DNA of 63,670 nt, filler included, from Globobulimina sp. (taxonomy: Eukaryota): NCBI GenBank assembly GCA_003354225.1. It is 36 parts of 36 records of this genome, joined end to end, with 100 filler letters (N's around TTAATTAATTAA, not from the genome) between each part and the next. Parts side by side here need not be neighbours in the genome. Positions count along the whole stretch, not along the records: positions 35,439 to 37,109 come from PIVH01013334.1; positions 37,210 to 38,880 come from PIVH01013335.1; positions 38,981 to 40,651 come from PIVH01013336.1; positions 40,752 to 42,422 come from PIVH01013337.1; positions 42,523 to 44,193 come from PIVH01013338.1; positions 44,294 to 45,964 come from PIVH01013339.1; positions 46,065 to 47,735 come from PIVH01013340.1; 29 more parts are not named here. One strand, given 5' to 3'. Position numbers and translations under genes: made by a program. Under the pieces are notes generated by a model, which was given only the letters and a program-made list of their open reading frames with translations, was not told the DNA's origin and did not search any database. Numbering within the stretch: the first letter of the stretch is position 1; each line of letters starts with the position of its first letter. Shown here in pieces: positions 35,749 through 47,601 of the stretch.

Positions 35749-36369
35749 GTGAAAAAGCTAAAAACTTACTCAGATGACATGTTGAGGCCACCAAAAGCTA
35801 AAACAAAAGCAAAAAGAAACGGTTCAAGACATCATAGAGCATATCGTCATAAACAGCTTGCTGGAAAAAAGCGGAAATATAATATTAATCGATCAAACCA
35901 CAAAATAAAATCTTCAACGCATGAAAATGCCAACAAGAATGAGAATAAATTGTATAGTATCCATGGGAACGAAGGTTGTTTAGAATATTTGAATGATAAT
36001 ATTGCGTTTGATAGCACACAAATTGAAGGATATATAAATTACGATAACAATGTCAACACACAAACTGAAGAAGGTTATGATGAGAAAGGAGCTGAATTTA
36101 CTGAAAACGATAAGAATTTGCAAAAAGATTTGGCTGTGACAATAATGGGATTTTGTGATCATAACCAACATGATATGGAACTTATGGATGACACTGAAGA
36201 CAGCATATCATTAACACAACAAAACAAAACAATAACATTGATGGGATTTTGTGACAAAAAAGAGAATAAAAATAATAAACTGGGTAAAAATAGCAATACA
36301 ATTACCATGATGGGTGATTGCAGCATCACTGCGCATATCAACCAACATCTGGACATAAGCAAGCAGTGA
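35749..36369 (+). CDS. Hypothetical protein with three T(I/L)MG(F)C(D) repeats
   Basis: VTIMGFCD, ITLMGFCD, ITMMGDC. Confidence 0.4.
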   Translation: MKKLKTYSDDMLRPPKAKTKAKRNGSRHHRAYRHKQLAGKKRKYNINRSNHKIKSSTHENANKNENKLYSIHGNEGCLEYLNDNIAFDSTQIEGYINYDNNVNTQTEEGYDEKGAEFTENDKNLQKDLAVTIMGFCDHNQHDMELMDDTEDSISLTQQNKTITLMGFCDKKENKNNKLGKNSNTITMMGDCSITAHINQHLDISKQ

Positions 36370-37609
36370 ACTTACATTTGTTTATTTTTATGCGTATTCT
36401 TATTTTACATTAATTGTACTTTTTCCAATTTTCTTAATGTTTGTGCTGTCTTTTTTTTTCCTGTCAATATATGTGCTCTGGATTCGTTAACTAATTTTTG
36501 AATGAAACAATATAGTCAGGTTACTCAGGTAGTGCATTATTATAACTCCGGCGTGAAAAACATTAAAAAGTCAAAATTTGCAACGATAAGATGAATTGCC
36601 AAAATTAATAGACAGCAAACACAACCAAAAACATTTCAAATTTTCAAATATAAGCTCAAAAAAAATGTGTTCAACCGCTTCTTGGCCACAAAAATAAAAA
36701 CACGTATGAACAATAGTTATGAATAGTATACACATATAAAAAATACTGTACATGAAAACATAAAAAACAAACTATGACACATCTTCAATCTTGATTGTAT
36801 ATTTAACGATATTACCTAACTGTGCGTCAGGCGTATCTAGTTCTTTCCGTTCTTGTTGCGGTTCCTCAATAATGATTGGTGCACATGATGTGATATCAAT
36901 CGATGACACTTTCCTATGCATGACAGGAAATGGAAGCTCTCCATCGATATCAATGGCCCCTAACTCTACGGATGGTGTTTTCTGCCCTTTACCAGTGCTC
37001 TTATTATTATTGGCCTCTTCAATCGTTGCTTGTAGATTACTAATATCAGTTTTATCATTTCTAATATATTTGATATATTCAAACAATAAATTAATCTCAA
37101 TACACATCGNNNNNNNNNNNNNNNNNNNNNNNNNNNNNNNNNNNNNNNNNNNNTTAATTAATTAANNNNNNNNNNNNNNNNNNNNNNNNNNNNNNNNNNN
37201 NNNNNNNNNGATTGTATTATTATTGTATAAATAATAAGAAATTGGAATTAATAGCAAACTATAAAAGTAAGTATATATTTTTGTTTATTGAACCAAATCA
37301 CAAACAATAAAAGTACGTACAGTCGAAAGAGATAATTCAAACAATCAAGATGATAAAAAGGAGGATGTCAATAAATAGGATATTTGAACTTTGCCTCAAC
37401 GATGTACCCCATTTCTGAGTTATTTTTGTACATATTTTTGGTTTTTATCTACAATTAAAATACTTTAAAACTTTGGAAACACGCGTTTTTGAACAATTTA
37501 AAATCGGAGATTTAATAATCTAATGCTAGGATAATGTATAAATTGTTTGTTTTATACGATTTATTTAAGCTGTTTTTAAGTAATTTTCTTGAGTCCAAAG
37601 ACAAAAACA

Positions 37610-37791
37610 ATGGCAACAAGAGTATTATTAGCAGATAAAATGGGACAATTTGTTCCTGAAACATTAAAAAAAAATGGTTGCGTTGTGATATGGGATCCAA
37701 CTTTGAGTGGTGCTCGTTTAAGAGATAAAATGAAAGAATTTGATCCAAATGTTCTTGGTATGATTGTTGCACTCACCTTAATTTGCCCATT

Positions 37792-37831
<40 letters not shown>

Positions 37832-38880
37832 TGCAGTGGTGCGTTCTACAAAAGTAACCAAAGATCATTTAGATGCAGCAAATTCTCTCTCATTGATTGT
37901 TCGAGCTGGAGCAGGATTTAACACAATTGCTGTCAGCGATGCATGTAACAAAGGAATATTCGTAGCAAACTGTCCGGGCAAGAATGCATTCGCCGTGGCT
38001 GAGCTCGCCATGGGGCACTTAATAAATCTCGATCGAAGTTAATGTTTTCATTCATATCCATACATTTTATTTATACACTGTACATATAGGGATTTCTGAC
38101 AATGTTGCGATGTTAAGACAGGGCAAATGGAATAAAAAAGAATTTGGCAAAGCGCGCGGTTTATATGGACGGACAATTGCCGTTATTGGAGCTGCTGGAA
38201 ACGTACTGTATATACATTAATATTTGAATTTTGCCGCGAGAATCAATATTAAATCTAAAACAAACAGATTGGCCGTGCAGTATGTGAACGTGCGTTATCA
38301 TTTGGGATGATCGTGAATGGAATGGATCCTTTTTTAACCAGCGAGCAAGCACAAACAATGGGTATTAATTACTGCAAAACCGTAGAGGCCGCCTGTAATA
38401 ATGCGGACGCAGTGACTGTCCATTTACCGCTCTTAAAGGCAACGCGTCATATCATAAACAGGAATATATTGTCATTATTAAGCGACAACGCGTATGTTAT
38501 TAACACGTCGCGTGGCGGCATTGTTAATGAGAAGGATATGTTGGCAATGATAAAAGAGAAGAATTTGCGATATGCGTGCGATGTTTATGAGAATGAGCCC
38601 AAATCCTCAGATAAAGCATTTAGAGATGAAGATATTTATAAGAATGGCGCGATATATGGCAGTCATCATATTGGTGCTTCAACGGGTCAGGCTGCCGATG
38701 CTGTGGGCAATGAGACGTTGAGAGTTATTCGGACATTTTTAGTGACCGGGAATGTGGTGAATTGTGTTAATTTGGAACGTAATACACCGGCGAAATATGC
38801 GTTGACCATTCGACATAAAGATGTGGTGGGAGTGTTGGCGAATATATTAAATATCTTAAAAACGGATAATTTAAATGTGC
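37610..38880 (+). CDS. serA: D-3-phosphoglycerate dehydrogenase-like protein with ACT domain (introns 37758-37836, 38038-38089, 38203-38267), 3' truncated
   Basis: VRST, RAGAG, NCPGKNA, GAAGNIG, VHLP, INTSRG, DVYENEP, HIGAST, HKDVVGVLA; spliced frame checked by hand. Confidence 0.85.
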
Positions 38881-38980
38881 NNNNNNNNNNNNNNNNNNNN
38901 NNNNNNNNNNNNNNNNNNNNNNNNTTAATTAATTAANNNNNNNNNNNNNNNNNNNNNNNNNNNNNNNNNNNNNNNNNNNN

Positions 38981-39337
38981 GAAATTGTTATTGATGCACC
39001 AATCGATCAGTTACGATGTTTAGTGTGGTTTTCTTGTACTGGAGAATTACATCCATTCTCTGATCCTTGTTGGTTTGCAGCATTAGGTCAAGGTTTATGT
39101 AATGATTATTTATTAAAAAAGGCCATAAATATGTGTTATTTGACATTGACAAACGAATCTCTACCCAGACTTTGTGAATTATATTCTGTATTAGAAGTGG
39201 ATTTGGACGCTGGCTTAAAATTATTAGCTTTATATATTCGTGATAACGCCACAGAATTGAAAAAATTAATGTGCGGCAACCAAAGCATTTATAATGCATG
39301 CAGAGAATTCAAATATGTTTTTAATCACGTTCGTTAG
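38981..39337 (+). CDS. BTB/BACK-like C-terminal fragment
   Basis: LVWFSCTGEL...L...L...ALYIRDN spacing resembles the end of a BTB domain. Confidence 0.35.
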   Translation, partial: EIVIDAPIDQLRCLVWFSCTGELHPFSDPCWFAALGQGLCNDYLLKKAINMCYLTLTNESLPRLCELYSVLEVDLDAGLKLLALYIRDNATELKKLMCGNQSIYNACREFKYVFNHVR

Positions 39338-40776
39338 ATTCGCTTTTGAGTCGGTGTTTTCTGTAAATAACTAATTCTGTTATTCTGTACATGTTTAAAT
39401 ATACTTAATTATTAAATCTTGTTTTTTTTAACTGACAATCTTCTTTTTGACGGTCGATATGGCGATCTATTGCGACAAGTTGACATGTTCATGTTGAAAT
39501 GTGTCACAATGTTTTTAAATAAAAGCTTAAAACTACTCTGATATTATATCTACACATCCTTTGACTGAAAATAGAATCCAAATATACTGAATAAAGGGGT
39601 AGATGACGATGAAAACGAAAATGGTTATCAATATCCAATATTACGTTATAAAACATGGTAGCGATTTAGTTGAAGAGTATATGTCATCAATGGCGCCACC
39701 ACATCAATCCCGTGAATATTTAAAGCATTAATATTTTGAGTCTATGCATGTATGTATTTGAATGTTATGCGTCATAATAATGTATTTGTAGGGTAGTGCT
39801 TAACGGAGGTGAGTCTGGTGTCGAGTCCGTGGACGTTCGCTTAGAGGCACCTTATGTTGCTACGATTTTTGAACACGCAAAGTGGACCCATTGCAATACA
39901 AATGCTTAGACGGTTGAATTTTCATTTAATGGATTGGTCAGGTATACTTTTCACAGGTAACGGTATATATACGTTTTGGTATACTAATACATATTAATCA
40001 TATTTATGTCGTTATGAACATGGATGCAGAATTAAACGGTCGTTTCTCGGTTTTAAGTTTACATTTGTATGGCATTTGCATCAGTCTACATTTACACTGT
40101 TTTTGCATTCTGTATATGTATTTGCCTGAAAGCTTTGTGTTTAGAATGTGAGAGGTCGGGGCAGTCATGGGTTTAGAATGTGAGAGGTTTTGCTGCGTCT
40201 TACCGGCCTTCATGGGGGGCATCAGTTGTGACAATATGCTCCTTTTTGCAGCGCTCAATTGTATATTGCATACGTCTTTATATTCATATCACATACTTTG
40301 TAACCTATGTTACTCACCAAAATATTATATTGAAAAACAAAACAATATTATTTCAGAAACGCGTATTATTTATTAGTCTCCGTGATGGTATCCAAGTGGT
40401 CATCAAATAGTAACGTCCAGTTGGTGTTTTGCTTCGAAACAAACACGATTTATTCCATCCGATACAGTGGAATAAAGAAAGAATTGATATCAAGTAGGCG
40501 CAGGTGAGGGACTTTAAAAATTCGTGAAAATTAATGTGTGCCAACCAAAGTATTTATAATTCACAATCCAAATAATCATTTCTTTTGTATACGATTTCCA
40601 TTTCATCCTCATTTAGGAGATTATTGTTTTTAATGGTGATTTTATGTATCGNNNNNNNNNNNNNNNNNNNNNNNNNNNNNNNNNNNNNNNNNNNNTTAAT
40701 TAATTAANNNNNNNNNNNNNNNNNNNNNNNNNNNNNNNNNNNNNNNNNNNNTTACTGTATATATTGTTAAAAACCA

Positions 40777-42097
40777 ATGTTTTTTTTAGAGAAATTTGGT
40801 GCCGGCAGAATGAAGCCAGGATTAAATATATATTGCAAGAAGGTATTGGTTAAGAAGAATGCCTCCGAGATTGTGCCGGATTGGTTGCGGTTTGTGAAAG
40901 GCGCAGTGGATTCGGAGAATATACCAATTCATATTTCTCGCGAAAATATGCAGGACTCCGCATTAATAAAACAATTGCAGGAGTCGCTGATGATGAAAGT
41001 GATAGATTTCCTGAAAAGGCAAAGCAGCAAAGACCCCGAGAAATATCTAAAATGGTTCAATGAATTTGGCGGTTTTATAAAAGAAGGCGTGTGCACTGAC
41101 TATCAAAATAGATCCCTGATTGCCAATTTATTGCGATTTGAGACCTCAAAATTCAAAGAGAAAGAAAAGAAATCACTGGAAGAATATGTCAAGGTATGAT
41201 TTGGTGTCTTTTTACTGTGGGAATTGCGGTTTATATTTGCTATTTTTTTTGTGTGTTTAGGATATGGAAGAAGGCGATGAGGAGATATATTATTTAGTTT
41301 CACCAAATCGCAAAGCAGCGATGGACAGTCCGTACATGGAGGCATTTTTGGAGAATGACACTGAAGTTTTACTCTGTTACTCGCAAATCGATGAGTTTTG
41401 CATGAAGAATTTAGGCACGTTTAAGTCAAAAAATTTGGTTGGAATCGAATCTTCGACGGCAGTCAAAAAGGAACACAAAGATGAAGATATGTTATCGGAG
41501 GATAATTGTCGGAAATTGGGCAAATGGCTGAAAAATAAGTTTCCAAAATACATTGAAAAATGCGAGCCAACGTATAGATTAAGGAAGCATCCATCCGTTT
41601 TAGTGGACCATCAGTCGGCAGCAATAAGGCAATATTTGCATGCTTTAGGTGAGGATGCTGTGACCCCTCCGCAGCGAATGCAAATTAATCCAAACCATAA
41701 TATTATCCGCGGTTTGTATGAAAAGGTAGAAAATGATGAAAACAGTGCAATGTTAATTGCGCGACAAATGATAAATAATGCATTTATAGCAGCGGGGATA
41801 TTGGATGATCCGCGGGAAATGTTGAAAGATATGAACTTTGTGATGGAAATTGCACTCGGCTACACACCCAATATTGAGGATATTGAGTTTGATAAAGAGG
41901 AAGGACCAAATGTAAAAGCAAAAGGTATGGACTATGAACAGGAGGTTGTGGATAAAATGAATGAAGAGATTGAGGCGGCGGGATTAAGTGCGGAAGATGC
42001 AAAAACGATAAAGAATTTGGAGATGGATGCGGATGTGGATGATGTTGAAGTTATACAGCAGAGAACTGGTGATAATAAACACAATTCTAATGAGTAA
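40777..42097 (+). CDS. TRAP1: HSP90-family chaperone TRAP1/HSP75, C-terminal half (intron 41194-41260)
   Basis: VPDWLRFVKGAVDSENIPIHISRENMQDSALI, FIKEGVCTD, SPYMEAF, QINPNHNII, IAAGILDDPR. Confidence 0.9.
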
Positions 42098-43344
42098 CTT
42101 TTGTTTTGAAATATAATCATGATTTGTTTTGTATTTTGCAATTATAATTGAAATTTAGAACATAGCATTTAATTTCATATGACAAGCAGTAGGGGGCTTT
42201 AATATATTGCGCAATACAAATTGACTTTACAGCTAAAAAGAAAACACATTTTTTGTGAGAATGACAGCTTTGAACGAGTACAGTAAATGGGATCGTATTT
42301 TAGCAGAGGAATTGTCCAGTTCTGATGCAGAGTCAAATGAAACAAAAAAAGTTTTAAATCGTCTACGAAATAAAGGGCCATCAGTTGGAAAGGACGGTAA
42401 AGTAAGTTTGGATGATGAAAATNNNNNNNNNNNNNNNNNNNNNNNNNNNNNNNNNNNNNNNNNNNNTTAATTAATTAANNNNNNNNNNNNNNNNNNNNNN
42501 NNNNNNNNNNNNNNNNNNNNNNAATGCATTAATGAATTATTAATATTTAAATTAGTAATTACATTGTTTAGCGATGTACGAACTAATCGCCCATCTTTGC
42601 TAAAAGGCTCATTCGAATCATGAATCAGGTACCAAATCAAACGTGTCTTTGGCATAAACGTTAGTAATATCCCCCGCTTATGCCAATTCTTATTACTATT
42701 CAATGACGAGATATTATCGCCTTTGGGAATGATTTTAATTAACATAGTCCCAGCCGATAAAAACGGAAGTTTCCCCTTATATTGTTTAAATATAGCCACT
42801 CATAATGTATTGCTGTTTCATAATGTAGTGACATAAAACATTCACAACAGATACAGAAGGTCTGGGCGATGCAAAAGGGGTCTGGGCCATACCTTTATTA
42901 CAGGAAAGACGTGACGATGGTGACTCGTGATGTACTGAAAATGTCAAAAGGTTTTTCAAATTTATGTAATGAAAATGTTAAAAACGTTTTGAACCTCACC
43001 CTACTCAGTACATACAGTTTGAAAAGTTGCAGAATGTCAGACGGGATTGAAGCACCATATGAATTGATACTGAAGCACCGTTTTTATTCTGTTGTTGATC
43101 TAACAGTCAGATCTTATCCTTACACAAATAAAAATGTGCTGCATATTTTATATATTCGTGAATAAAAGGCGAGAGAATAAAAAAGCAAATCATAAACAAA
43201 AAAGACATTGGTGGATGGCATGCGCTCATTGGAATTGGTGGATGGAGGCGATCATTGGAATTGGTGGAATATGTACTATCGGGATGGAAGCATTGGAATT
43301 GGTGGATGGAGGCAGATATTTCTCTGTCGTTTTGAACCTCACCA

Positions 43345-43698
43345 TATATTTGCGAATTAGCGATGAATAAGAAATTCTGGTATTGGGTGGAATGGATACC
43401 ACGCGAAGACAATGAGGTTGCCAACAGATTGTCGAAGGCAGTCGCGGACCCAATAAGGAATAATGACTTTTGTTTAATTAATATATCAATCGAAGCGGTG
43501 CAACTTGCGACATACGGCCTAAATAAATACCATATGTCAAGAAAGAACATGCATACACACTTTGCATGGATTGTGACTGTGGTTGTGAGATTGTGTGTAA
43601 ATCCTAGCCATATAATAAATGGCAGACTTAATAAATGGCAGATTGTGATTGTGTGTATAATAAAGGATGAGCCCATGCTTAATATGAAAAGATCATGA
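43345..43698 (+). mobile_element. RNase H C-terminal remnant, DIRS/YR-retrotransposon-like
   Basis: YICELAMNKKFWYWVEWIPREDNEVANRLSK. Confidence 0.55.
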
Positions 43699-43727
43699 TT
43701 AAAGAAAAAAACTTTTTAAACAGCTCG

Positions 43728-44193
43728 AAATTACAAATCTGCTTAGAATGCTTAGTTTGTGTAGTACTATATATGTTCCAGATACTATGACCAAATGAGA
43801 TGAGATATAAACGCCACTGAAGGCAACTAAACAACTAAGCAAGTTGGTCCACACATTAGCAACTAAGCAACTAAGCAACTAAGCAGCTAAGCATATTACC
43901 TTAATCTGCTTAGTATGCTTAGTTTGAGCAGTACCTATGCATATATCAGTATGGAATATGATAGAGCTAGGTAAGTAAGAAGAGATACAGCTAGGCAACT
44001 AAGCAACTAGGCAATTACCTCAATCTGCTTAATATGCTTGTTTGCCTAGTACCCTAGGCATATATATATATATATATAGTATCATACTATCAGAATATAC
44101 TATAGTACCATATATCACTATAGGCAACTAAGCAACTAGGCAACTACCTCAATCTGCTTAATATGCTTGTTTGCCTAGTACCCTAGGCATATA
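43728..44193 (+). repeat. Array of four hairpin-forming repeats separated by non-identical spacers
   Basis: Core AATCTGCTTA.TATGCTT at 43736, 43903, 44022 and 44151; GCAACTAA octamers precede copies 2-4. Confidence 0.85.
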
Positions 44194-44340
44194 NNNNNNN
44201 NNNNNNNNNNNNNNNNNNNNNNNNNNNNNNNNNNNNNTTAATTAATTAANNNNNNNNNNNNNNNNNNNNNNNNNNNNNNNNNNNNNNNNNNNNTTTAATT
44301 TGAGTGTGCTTAGCTTATAATTTATTTTTTGTTGTGTCAG

Positions 44341-45264
44341 GTCACGCCGTTAAAAATCTCTCCAACACCGATCGAATTACGGACAGTGCCCTTCGATGGC
44401 GAGATCACTGTGTTTTGGGTCTGTGAGGAATTGAAAACGCCGGAATACAGCGGATGGTACGAAGTGGAGTCGGAGCCGGCGACCTTTACAATGGTTGTGA
44501 CCCGACAACAGGCTCGCTTTCGGCGGCTGGATAATGGGCGGAAGTACACCTTCAAAGTGACCGCAGTGAACCAAGTGGGCAAAGCGCGGAGCGAGGTGTC
44601 GAAGGCCTGCATTCCCGACGACGACATCAGCAAAGAATCGTATTTGCGGAAAAAAAAGTACATTGCCTGCGAAGTGAAGGAGATATTGCTCAAATTGCGG
44701 AAACAGAAAAAAAAGCAAATAGCGCATGACAAATTGGGAGAGATTGAGAAAAAGAAAAAGAATCAACGCAAGAAAGCGGACAGAGCCAATAAGGCGAAGT
44801 ATGACAAAGTGATCGCAAAACAGAAAAAAAAGCTGAAACAGCAGGAATCGCTGAAAAGAAAGGAAGAAAAACTGAGGGTGGAAAAGAAGAAAAAAATGGA
44901 GCAGCAACGGCAGAGAGTCATGTTGAATAAGCGCAGAATGTCGGTGTTGGCTCGCGAGAAAATCTCGAAAATGGAGAAACAATTTGGTTCGAGAAACAAA
45001 AATATGAACACGGCGAGTTCCATGATGATGAATAAGAAAAACAAAAATAAAAATAAAAAAGTGATGGCTTTGTTGGATATGAAGGAAATCAGCAAATTGT
45101 CCAAAGCGCGAGAAAAAGACGAAAAAAAAGTAAAAAAATTGAATGGCGTCAAAGATAACAAAAAGAAAGGAATCAGATTCAAAGCGGAACCAACAAAGAA
45201 AAGCAAAAAGAAAAGGAAAACAAAAAGAAAAAAAGGAAAAAAACTCGCAGATTCTATGGATTAA
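44341..45264 (+). CDS. Fibronectin type III domain + Lys-rich coiled-coil tail (terminal exon)
   Basis: DGEITVFW...YEVE...LDNGRKYTFKVTAVNQVG; a splice acceptor ends at 44340. Confidence 0.75.
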   Translation, partial: VTPLKISPTPIELRTVPFDGEITVFWVCEELKTPEYSGWYEVESEPATFTMVVTRQQARFRRLDNGRKYTFKVTAVNQVGKARSEVSKACIPDDDISKESYLRKKKYIACEVKEILLKLRKQKKKQIAHDKLGEIEKKKKNQRKKADRANKAKYDKVIAKQKKKLKQQESLKRKEEKLRVEKKKKMEQQRQRVMLNKRRMSVLAREKISKMEKQFGSRNKNMNTASSMMMNKKNKNKNKKVMALLDMKEISKLSKAREKDEKKVKKLNGVKDNKKKGIRFKAEPTKKSKKKRKTKRKKGKKLADSMD

Positions 45265-45488
45265 TGTTGCTTTTTTACAATTATTCCTTCACTGTCACTG
45301 TCTCATCATTTTAAGATTGTATATTTTTTCTTTTTTCTTGTTTTTGTTTTTGAGGAGAATATCGACTCTTATTTCTGTTAAATCAAACAAGAATACTAAA
45401 AAAGATTATATTTTGGATCCGATTGGTTGCCTCTTCATCTTGCAAATTTATATAAAAAATACACAAAAAAACTGCTGCGGAAAGTGAA

Positions 45489-45964
45489 GTGATGGAGGTT
45501 TTAATTGTTAATGGCTACATACGAAAAGTTCAAAAAACAATCAAACCCAAAATAATCCCAATATCCATTAATCAAATTTGTTATAATTATTATAAGATTG
45601 TCGACATATTCGAAATTGCGAATAAAGAGATTACAATTTCAAACTATGGGAAAACTGTGACACGCAAAGGTGATGGTGGTCGTTGGAGTGGTTATGGCAA
45701 TGCATTTGGAAGTATAGGAATTGAGGCAGACAGCAAAAATAAATATAAATATAAATGGAAGTTGACATGCAAGGAAAGGATAGGTTTCATGTTAATTGGT
45801 ATTCAATCAAACAGGAATGTTGATGGATCTTTTAATGAGATAGATTATGGATATGATGGATATGATGGTAGTAAATGCCATTTAGGAAAACAGGAAGAAT
45901 ATGGAATTGAATGGGGTGCCGGTGATGTAATTGAAATGAGAGTTGATTTTGAAAGACAAGAAAT
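45489..45964 (+). CDS. SPRY-like protein with N-terminal F-box-like motif, 3' truncated
   Basis: LIVNGYIRK...IIPISINQICYNYY; YKWKL...MLIGI...YG..WGAGDVIEMRVDF. Confidence 0.7.
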
Positions 45965-46526
45965 NNNNNNNNNNNNNNNNNNNNNNNNNNNNNNNNNNNN
46001 NNNNNNNNTTAATTAATTAANNNNNNNNNNNNNNNNNNNNNNNNNNNNNNNNNNNNNNNNNNNNGTTTTATGACAAAGGACATCTTTGAGCAACATCACA
46101 TAGGAATTTTAAATTAACAGCTTTCTGCTTTCTAAAAGATACCCCCCTGGTCGATAAGTTGTATACATTTGATTCAATTATCTGAAAAAAGCTTTTCAAA
46201 GAAACGGTTTTCTAGAGGTTTGTCTTGGGGTTTGTTCTGTGTTGTTATAACTTTGTCAGAACAAAGAGTATCCGGTTTTCAGCGTCAGATTTTTATTGAT
46301 GCTCTTTAAATTCGATACAATATAGATAATGCACAAAGTCAGGAAAAAAGTATACAAACGTCTTCTATTTTTTAGCGACATATTTTTATCCTCTCCTTGC
46401 ACACTCGATTTTGGAACTAAGTCTAGAAAATATTAATAATAAATTGTACAAAAAATCAGGAAATACATAATGATAAAAAGAAAAACAAAATGTTTATTGT
46501 TTTCTATTTAATTTATTGTTTAAAAT

Positions 46527-47601
46527 TTATTGTTTTCTATTTAATCCAACATCCTCTCTGTCCGTATCATAAATTCTAACTCGAGAATATTTACTTTTCC
46601 CTTTTCTGTCTGCATTACACATACAACAAATGGACACCATTAACATAACACTAACAAATAAGAATGCAAATATTATTTCCGGTTGATATTTATAAAAAAA
46701 AGCATCAAAATTTAAATCACCAGGATATACACCAACAGATTGACCCCCTGCTCTTGCATCCCGTCGTCGTTCCATTATTTCAGTCAAAGATGCCACAGCA
46801 GCTGCGAGAGTATCAACGCGTGATTGCAACTCAGCTATGTCAACATAATTTGACTCAATCTCTTGCGTATTGCCACTAATTCCCACGCAGGGATCTGGAC
46901 AGAGATCTAAACAGGAATACACATAATCATATTCTTTAGGACAGCCACCTGCGGGATCCCCAATAACACCGTGAAGCACTGTGTAGGAACAGGCCGTTTT
47001 CCCATCACACGCAGCGCCTAAATGAGCGGTTTCGTCAGAAGTGCGACCGACATTGCAATTTCTACCATACATAGCAGATTCAATGGTAATTTCTGATGTA
47101 CCACAATCAATGGATAACGATTTGCCCGACGCTTCTCGTAAAACTAAACCATATTCAACTATATATATTAAATATTATTATTGTTTCCATCTTATGTATA
47201 TATATTATAATATGCATTACCTACCATCAGGTACTTGCGTTGCAGTACATGTATAATCATAAATATATGTTTTTGAACATCCACCGTGTGGATCGCCAAT
47301 AATTGTGTGGGTTATCAAATATGTGCAAGTTGGAAATCCATTGCAATATAACCCTAAATTGGCGGTTTGGTCAGATGGGTTATTACAATTATTACCATAG
47401 ACAGCTGAATCAATTTGGATTGCATTATTGCCGCAATCGATTATTAACGATTTACCGGATGCTTCATTGGTAACGCTGCCACTGACACCTTTTCAATATA
47501 TTAGAAATTTAAACAAATCATTAGTCATCAAAATTAACAAAATTAATACCAAAGACTACGTTTACACCAAATATCAATGCAATTAAAATTGCTAATTTCA
47601 T
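46527..47601 (-). CDS. Type I membrane protein with two SUEL/rhamnose-binding lectin domains (multi-exon)
   Basis: Signal peptide MKLAILI; ITIESAMYGRNC...ACDGKTACSY...GDPAGGCPKEYDYVYSC with a similar domain upstream; C-terminal TM. Confidence 0.75.

Noticed and set aside
43728-44193. Call as a CRISPR array
   Set aside because: The repeat is about 70 nt and internally repetitive, the spacers are low-complexity, the context is eukaryotic and no cas genes are present; kept only as an unexplained array
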